In this document: piece by piece, positions 58,098 through 64,000 of the stretch
Layout of the letters: the number at the start of each line of letters is the position of its first letter
How positions within the stretch are numbered: the first letter of the stretch is position 1
Source: Candidatus Rifleibacteriota bacterium
GTDB lineage: Bacteria; Muiribacteriota; Ozemobacteria; Ozemobacterales; Ozemobacteraceae
Assembly (NCBI GenBank): GCA_051747585.1
Contig: JBNJGH010000003.1
Span: 13,286 to 77,285 of the forward strand
Length of the DNA stretch: 64,000 bases
Reading direction: 5' to 3'
Made by a program: the position numbers and the translations under genes
The notes under the pieces: generated by a model
Told to the model about the DNA's origin: nothing
Databases searched by the model: none
Seen by the model: the letters and a program-made list of their open reading frames with translations, nothing else

Positions 58098-59777
58098 CTA
58101 AAGCTTTGAATCTTCAGGGCCAAACAAAACCTTCCAGTTTAAAACATCTCTCCAGATTGGAGCATCTGCCTGGGCTGCTCCTGACTCTTCGCGCATAAGA
58201 CCAATATCCATTGGATTATACAAAAAAGCTACCGGTCGCAATTCATGAACAAGCGAGCCCAGCTCTGCAATTTTTTTTGCCCTGTTCTCGACTTCGAGCA
58301 TCGAGTCAAGCTCTTCAATTAACTTATCTATTCGTTCATCATTAATCCGGGAAAAATTTAGTTTGTTGGCAAATGTTTTATCCGCCTCTCCGGGGATAGA
58401 ACGAGAATGAAACAAGTAATCAGCATTACCGGCTGCAGGTAAAGTAACACTTATTAAAGCCGTATCATATTTGCCGTTTTTAAGATTGTTGCTAACCAAT
58501 TCTGCCCAGGTGACCGGGGTTAAATTCAATTTAACACCTGCTCTCATACAGCTTTCGGCAAATTTTTCAGCCAAGGCACGCCTTAAAAGATTGTCATCGT
58601 TAAAATGAATATTTAGTTCAAGTTTCTCCCCGTTTTTGTCTCTTATTCCGTCAGAATCAGTATCTTTCCATCCCATATTTTCGAGCAATTCTACTGCCCG
58701 CTTAAATCTGGTCTCATAGCTCTCTATTTTTTCTGAAGAACCTGCATAAGGGCAAGAATAAAGGGCCTTACCGGCAAAGGGAACCTCGCCGGCAATCATA
58801 TTTCGATCAACCAGCAGATCCAGGGCATAACGCATTTCTTTTCTGGCCAACAAAGAATTATTTAAATTGAACATCCAGGTAAGATTGGCCGGATTAGGAT
58901 ACCTTATAAAGAAAATATTATCTAACTTCATTGATTTGAGCTGTTGGGCTAGAATAGACGGTAGGTTTATCCAGTCCAGCTTATTAGCTCTGAATTCACG
59001 AACAAGTTTTTGATAATCAAAAAAGCTTTTTATCAAAATAGCCGGCCTTGTCGCATTGTCATAAAAATGGTCAAAAGGCTTTAACTCTACATAGCTTCCC
59101 CTTTTTCGGCTTTTTATCATATATGGCCCAAGCCCGATGGGCGCAGCTACATAATTCGGCCAGCTGTCAGAGGCTATACCCTCTTTAGCGACCTTTGCTT
59201 TATCAATTTTTTTATTTTTCACAATATGAGACGGAATAATTGGCAAAGTCAGCAATTCAAGCAGTTTTCTTGAATCTTGCTTGAAAACTATTCTGGTGCG
59301 CTGTCCACGACCAAAACTGGAAACTGAATCTACCCCCTTTAAAAGAACTTTAAAGGGACTCTGATTTTCGTTGTCTGCAATTAAATCAAAGGTAAATTTT
59401 AAATCTAAGGGGTCAAAATCAGTGCCGTCATGCCACTTTAAATTTTTCTTCCATACCCCCTCCAGTATAACAGTGTCAGATGCCCCCTCGTAAATAGAGT
59501 AAGTATCGAACAAATAGGGCTCGAAACTGCCATCTTCAAGTTCACGTAAAGGTGAAGCCTGGACAAAACTATTTACCAGCGGAGCATGCTCTGACTCGAG
59601 ATGTGCTAACGGATTCAAATCCATCGGGTCACCATAGATGCCGAGTTTTAACCAGTCGCTGTCAGCAGAGTTCAGAACTTTGCTGATATTTTCCGGCAGC
59701 TTTTCTTCTTGACTGCAACCAGTAAATCCAACTAGAGAAATAATTGTAGCGGCGATTAATAGATATCTGATTTTCAT
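58098..59777 (-). CDS. Family 5 ABC substrate-binding lipoprotein
   Basis: Lipobox FTGC, KWHDG..F...D..FTF, PIGLGPY, GWKDTDSDGIRDKNG. Confidence 0.9.
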   Translation of the reverse strand: MKIRYLLIAATIISLVGFTGCSQEEKLPENISKVLNSADSDWLKLGIYGDPMDLNPLAHLESEHAPLVNSFVQASPLRELEDGSFEPYLFDTYSIYEGASDTVILEGVWKKNLKWHDGTDFDPLDLKFTFDLIADNENQSPFKVLLKGVDSVSSFGRGQRTRIVFKQDSRKLLELLTLPIIPSHIVKNKKIDKAKVAKEGIASDSWPNYVAAPIGLGPYMIKSRKRGSYVELKPFDHFYDNATRPAILIKSFFDYQKLVREFRANKLDWINLPSILAQQLKSMKLDNIFFIRYPNPANLTWMFNLNNSLLARKEMRYALDLLVDRNMIAGEVPFAGKALYSCPYAGSSEKIESYETRFKRAVELLENMGWKDTDSDGIRDKNGEKLELNIHFNDDNLLRRALAEKFAESCMRAGVKLNLTPVTWAELVSNNLKNGKYDTALISVTLPAAGNADYLFHSRSIPGEADKTFANKLNFSRINDERIDKLIEELDSMLEVENRAKKIAELGSLVHELRPVAFLYNPMDIGLMREESGAAQADAPIWRDVLNWKVLFGPEDSKL

Positions 59778-59790
59778 AAAAGTTCCTGTA

Positions 59791-62550
59791 TTATTTTCTA
59801 AATTCTAAGCTGTTATTAAGTTTCAAATCGGGCATTTCTGCGGCAGGGCCGTCATGAATATTCTTTTCTGCCGGCAAATTGTCCAATATTGCCAGTTTAT
59901 CTTTTGCCCAGTTTTTTGTTTCAGTGCCCACTAATTGTCCTTTGGCAAGACTTCTTAGCAATGGTCGAGCTTCCTTCAGTTTCTGTTGCTCCATTAATGA
60001 CCTGGATTTGACGACCTCGGCAGAAGTAATAGAGGCAACCAGAGATTCAGCGTGCTGCTTCATTTGAGTCGGAGAAACCGAAGACAAAGCTACTTTTTCA
60101 AGGTAACGACGCGCCTGGGGAAATTTCTTAAGCCGAACCGAAACCACACCAAGATCACGCAAAAATACATTGTTGTCCGGCTTCAACATAACAGCTTTTT
60201 TAAGCGCTTCTTCTGCTTTTTCATGCAAACCCAAGTTGGATGACGAGATGCCGATAATATTGAGCATTGTCGGATCTCGATGTTTTACACCAGCCGAAAC
60301 CTCTGTAGCGACTTTCAGCGCATCTTCCCATTTCTGCATGGTAGCTTTGATCACAGCCAGAGACGCTTTTGCCTGCAACGAAAAAGCCTCGTAATCTGCT
60401 GCTTTTTCCAGATAGATTTCAGCCTTTTCCAGCATTTCCTGTTTTCGATCAGCAGGGATTGAATACTTGGTAATATCTAACGCGATTTTACCGCCGTACA
60501 TATAATAAATCGAACGTGCTTTTCCGCAGGTTAAATCTAACCCCATTTCTGCCATTTCATAGGCCTTAACCAGATCCTTTGTAAGATGATAATAAATGTG
60601 AAGCTGTCTGAACACAATTGAGTGATAGGTAGATCTTGCATTGTAGTTGATATTTTTAAAGGCCTTTTCGGCATAGCGCATTGCAAGATCTGCTTCTTTT
60701 TCATTTTCGTAAATCAACGACATCTTTAAATAAGGGTCGCCGGGCAAAGGGTCAAGCTCAATGGCGTCTATCAATAGCTGCTTTGCTTTTGCCTGGGCAT
60801 CAGAGCGCTGGTATTTCATATACATATCGGCCTGCCTGACCTTTTCGTCGGCCTGCCAGCTGCGAAGATCATGGTAAGCCGACAAAAGTGAGGCTGAAAG
60901 AGCCAGAAATACAAAAGTGTAAACAACACCCGGCACTACTCTGGCTGTTTTTCTTTTTAGAGGAGACTGAAAAAAATCGGTCTCGGTAAGCACTGGCACA
61001 AGAGCAAGAAACACTACAGCATAAAGGGCAGTTTCAATTCTGTGAAAGGGGAAATCCGGTATTGCAGCCATTAACTGAGCTATCATGGCTGCACCGATAC
61101 CGATCAACAAGATATGATCGCCGTTCATTTCGCCATCGACAGGCTTCCATACCTCTCGATGAATCGCTCTATAAATTGATTTAAAGAATCGGTAAGTAAG
61201 AAAGAACAAAAGAATCAACCCAATTAAGCCCAGCTCTGCAAGAACCTGCAACCAGTCGTTATGAGCCTGCCTGAAGGTGACTGCAGTAAAGGTTTCCTGA
61301 TTGGCATCGGAATAAGTTTCGGCTTGCTGGTATGGAAAGAAATGTTTAAATGAACCAAACCCGCTTCCGACAAGCCATTTTGGAATACTCATTCTAAAAG
61401 ATTGAATCGTGGCATACCATACCCACATTCGCTCGTAAGTATTGCTGGCTGCACGATCAAGGGTAAGCGTACCTTTGATTTTATCCCACATGCTGGTAGT
61501 TTTCAGCTGAGTCAGAGTTATTACCGAAACCCCGAAAAGCATGGCAAAAATTAGAACAACTGCTGTACCAAAAAAGATAGCATTGCGCTTTATGAGCTTT
61601 TTGTTACGATCATTCAACAAAAGCATAACAATCATGTAAATAAAGCCAAATACTATACCGATTAAAGCGGCCCTGCATCTTGTTATGTAAAGAGCAAACA
61701 ACATCCAGCCATAGAGCCCCAACGATAGCATTTTCATAAAGGTGGTTCGATAATAAAAGAAAAATGCCAGCGGAATGAAGGCAGTAAACATGGCAAAGGT
61801 ACCAAGATAGTTTCTGTTACCAAAAGTTGAAACTATAGAGCCCATGCTGTAGGTGTTATTTGCCAGCTGCGGGAAAAGCGGCAAATAGAATCCATTTTTA
61901 TCGATATTTCCTGCAATTACATCGTCTTTTACAAAAGTAATAAGGTTTTGCGCGTCGAATTTAAAATAAAAATTGTAGGTCTCCATTATGCCGAGCGTCG
62001 AGGTTGCCAGGCCGGCAATAACCACAGCCCAGAGTATAAGTTCAACCTGCCATCGACTACGCACAATATTAACTATAAGCGGATACAAAAGTAATATGGC
62101 AAAAGTTCCGCGTAAATCTCTTATAGCTGAAGGTGAATTGTAATTCCATAAAACCGACAAGGCACAAAAGCCAAAGAACAGAGCAATCGGAAAATCAAGC
62201 GAACTACTGGCAAACTTTACTCTGCCGGTAATAAAAACTCTTATACAATAAATACCGCCAAGTAAAACAAGAGCTATTTTAGAGAAAAACTCTTTTGGGG
62301 TTAAAAAGTTCTCTGTTGTCTGGCGACTGTATAAAAATGGTGTTACCAGAACTACAAGCAGAAGACCTATATAAACCAGCCACTCGGTATTGCCCAGGCC
62401 GGCACCCGCTTCATTGCGGTCTTTTCGAAATTTTCGATAAAGACTGTCTTCGAAATGGGAAAAAATAGATTTGCGTTGCTCTAATGGCTCTAAATTTTCT
62501 ATTTCTTGTGAGGTTTCTACACTATTTTTTCTTTTTTTCTTTTTCGCCAT
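59791..62550 (-). CDS. O-antigen ligase-like (Wzy_C) membrane protein with C-terminal TPRs; putative O-oligosaccharyltransferase
   Basis: STFGNRNYLG, TRCRAA, GSGFGSF, QAHNDWLQVLAELGLIG, then TPRs. Confidence 0.85.
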   Translation of the reverse strand: MAKKKKRKNSVETSQEIENLEPLEQRKSIFSHFEDSLYRKFRKDRNEAGAGLGNTEWLVYIGLLLVVLVTPFLYSRQTTENFLTPKEFFSKIALVLLGGIYCIRVFITGRVKFASSSLDFPIALFFGFCALSVLWNYNSPSAIRDLRGTFAILLLYPLIVNIVRSRWQVELILWAVVIAGLATSTLGIMETYNFYFKFDAQNLITFVKDDVIAGNIDKNGFYLPLFPQLANNTYSMGSIVSTFGNRNYLGTFAMFTAFIPLAFFFYYRTTFMKMLSLGLYGWMLFALYITRCRAALIGIVFGFIYMIVMLLLNDRNKKLIKRNAIFFGTAVVLIFAMLFGVSVITLTQLKTTSMWDKIKGTLTLDRAASNTYERMWVWYATIQSFRMSIPKWLVGSGFGSFKHFFPYQQAETYSDANQETFTAVTFRQAHNDWLQVLAELGLIGLILLFFLTYRFFKSIYRAIHREVWKPVDGEMNGDHILLIGIGAAMIAQLMAAIPDFPFHRIETALYAVVFLALVPVLTETDFFQSPLKRKTARVVPGVVYTFVFLALSASLLSAYHDLRSWQADEKVRQADMYMKYQRSDAQAKAKQLLIDAIELDPLPGDPYLKMSLIYENEKEADLAMRYAEKAFKNINYNARSTYHSIVFRQLHIYYHLTKDLVKAYEMAEMGLDLTCGKARSIYYMYGGKIALDITKYSIPADRKQEMLEKAEIYLEKAADYEAFSLQAKASLAVIKATMQKWEDALKVATEVSAGVKHRDPTMLNIIGISSSNLGLHEKAEEALKKAVMLKPDNNVFLRDLGVVSVRLKKFPQARRYLEKVALSSVSPTQMKQHAESLVASITSAEVVKSRSLMEQQKLKEARPLLRSLAKGQLVGTETKNWAKDKLAILDNLPAEKNIHDGPAAEMPDLKLNNSLEFRK

Positions 62551-62553
62551 TAA

Positions 62554-63306
62554 TTATTCCGCCTTGATTATGACTTCAAGCCCCGGGTATTCACCGTCTG
62601 TGCCATTTGCTTTACGACCGGAATAGTCTTCGATGCTGTCATTGTTTCGCGCGATACCAACAGTTGAAGAACCGGGGTAAAATGCGGTATCACTTGCGTT
62701 ATTGTTAAGAACAAGAAGAATTTCGGTAGTCGATGCAACATAGCTGGCTACACCATTTATAACCGTGGTTACAACATCGGGTGAGAACCACAAATCTGCT
62801 CCGGCCGCATCTGATGCATTGGCAAAAGTAAGAGGGGCCATATTTAGTGTTTCGGAACTTATAATACGAGAGAATTCAAGCCTTATAAAATCATCGCCGC
62901 TGATATGGCGATCTTTGTCTCCATCTACCCATACCGCTTTTTGCAAGGCTAAAGGTGGTTTGTAGTAAACGACGATATCGTCTGTATCTTTCTGGTAGTC
63001 AGGCCCATAAGACCAGACTTTACCATGAATGTAATCTACCTGGTAATCTCGGCCCCAAGGGTCGCGGGGTAAGTCCTGCAAATAGCGGCCCAGCAAAATT
63101 CTTAAATCATCTCGGTCAAATGGCCGCTCTTCCATGGTGTCGAATTTAATCAAAGCCTGCTTGATAATATCGAGCTCATGTTTGGCTTTGGTAAGACGAG
63201 TATCTTTTACGTAATCCTGATAGTATGGCATGGCCACACCAACCAGAACAGCGAGAATAGCAACGACAATCAACAGTTCTATAAGAGAAAAAGCACGTTT
63301 ATTCAT
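62554..63306 (-). CDS. Prepilin-type N-terminal methylation protein (GspG/pilin-like) with C-terminal extension
   Basis: MNKRA^FSLIELLIVVAILAVL; LPRDPWGRDY and SYGPD GspG-like motifs. Confidence 0.85.
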   Translation of the reverse strand: MNKRAFSLIELLIVVAILAVLVGVAMPYYQDYVKDTRLTKAKHELDIIKQALIKFDTMEERPFDRDDLRILLGRYLQDLPRDPWGRDYQVDYIHGKVWSYGPDYQKDTDDIVVYYKPPLALQKAVWVDGDKDRHISGDDFIRLEFSRIISSETLNMAPLTFANASDAAGADLWFSPDVVTTVINGVASYVASTTEILLVLNNNASDTAFYPGSSTVGIARNNDSIEDYSGRKANGTDGEYPGLEVIIKAE

Positions 63307-63489
63307 GGTAGGAAATGATAGCACAGCCTTAAGCCCCCCACAAGTTTAAAATCTTGACCAGCTATGGAGCTTAACTAAATTCACCCATAGTGGTCAAGAG
63401 TTTTATCGATTAAAAGTTATGTTTTCTACAGCCTAAGCGTGAAATTTTTCCCCAACGTGCATTTTTTGCACACTCTTCAGTTTGAATTT

Positions 63490-63810
63490 TTGCCTCACAC
63501 CAAGCCGCTGAGGCACAAAGGACACAAAGAATTTCAATTTAATTTGAGCAATTTATGTTTTTGCTATAACCAAATTTGAAAAATGGAAAAGCCTGTGCCA
63601 TAACCCTGGATGCCTGCCTTCGCAGGCATGACGTTTAAATTCGTGCTCGTGCTCGTAATCGTGCTCGTAATCGTAATCGTTGCACTGTCGAATTATTGAA
63701 TCATACAAAAAGTCAGATCAGCCGATCTGACCTACGGGTTGTCGCAATGACCAACGTTTTGGTCATTGAGCGTTAGTCGAAATGACCGTTAAACGTCTAA
63801 CCGGTCCCTT
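63490..63810. repeat. Mosaic of short palindromic REP-like modules
   Basis: ttgcctcacaccaagccgctgagg (reverse match to the end of copy 4); ctggatgcctgccttcgcaggcatgac; cgtgct/cgtaat hexamer run; GTAG palindrome 63712-63735; ggtcattgagcgttagtcgaaatgacc. Confidence 0.85.
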
Positions 63811-63850
63811 CGTCGATTCAATTATTTAAACTTGAAAATTTTATATTTAC

Positions 63851-64000
63851 TTAGCCTTTGGACTTTAAAAGTGCTTCAAGTGCTTCTACATCGGCTAAAT
63901 CTTTTGTTCTTCCGGTGGCTTTTTTATTTTTTATCAGGTGCTGAATTGATGGAACCCGAATCTTGAGTCCTGAAAACTCAAACTCGATTGAATTCACCAG
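63851..64000 (-). CDS. 3' end of a putative nucleotidyltransferase-family (DUF6036/AbiEii-like) gene, not in the ORF track
   Basis: Manual translation: LVNSIEFEFSGLKIRVPSIQHLIKNKKATGRTKDLADVEALEALLKSKG*. The K..GR.KD..D motif is typical of these C-termini. Confidence 0.7.
   Translation of the reverse strand: MVNSIEFEFSGLKIRVPSIQHLIKNKKATGRTKDLADVEALEALLKSKG

Noticed and set aside
63641..63681. Hexamer run (cgtgct/cgtaat) as a coding or contingency microsatellite
   Set aside because: Intergenic and part of the repeat mosaic (reverse copies at ~41152-41189 and ~42820-42868); not in a gene or evident promoter.

Overview
AT-rich bacterial chromosomal window; the gene style suggests an anaerobic candidate-phylum organism, possibly Riflebacteria-like, but this is an unverified impression. 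In order it holds: a PP2C/GGDEF/HD-GYP signalling operon with a tRNA nucleotidyltransferase and a site-2 protease; ferritin and rarA; a ~12.5 kb surface-glycan cluster (AsnB-like amidotransferase, glycosyltransferases, two sulfotransferases, a dTDP-3-acetamido-sugar pathway, flippase); DUF885, HIT, TPR, nadK and dsbD genes; nif3 and PMM/PGM; an Rpn PD-(D/E)XK gene; a CIRCE-controlled FmdB/Ruc-like gene; an orphan N6 methyltransferase; an uncharacterised DUF6754-like membrane + GlmL-like operon; peptide ABC genes; and a pilin-like gene coupled to an O-antigen-ligase/TPR protein. The most striking signal is non-coding. Four copies of a ~140-nt three-hairpin cassette have a fixed scaffold but a different, always 19-nt, self-complementary stem in each copy. 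The cassette occurs in both orientations within its flanks, sits inside nested modular palindromic repeats, and two ~550-bp copies directly bracket the Rpn gene. No rRNA, tRNA or CRISPR array was seen. All family calls come from motif recognition by eye, not database searches.
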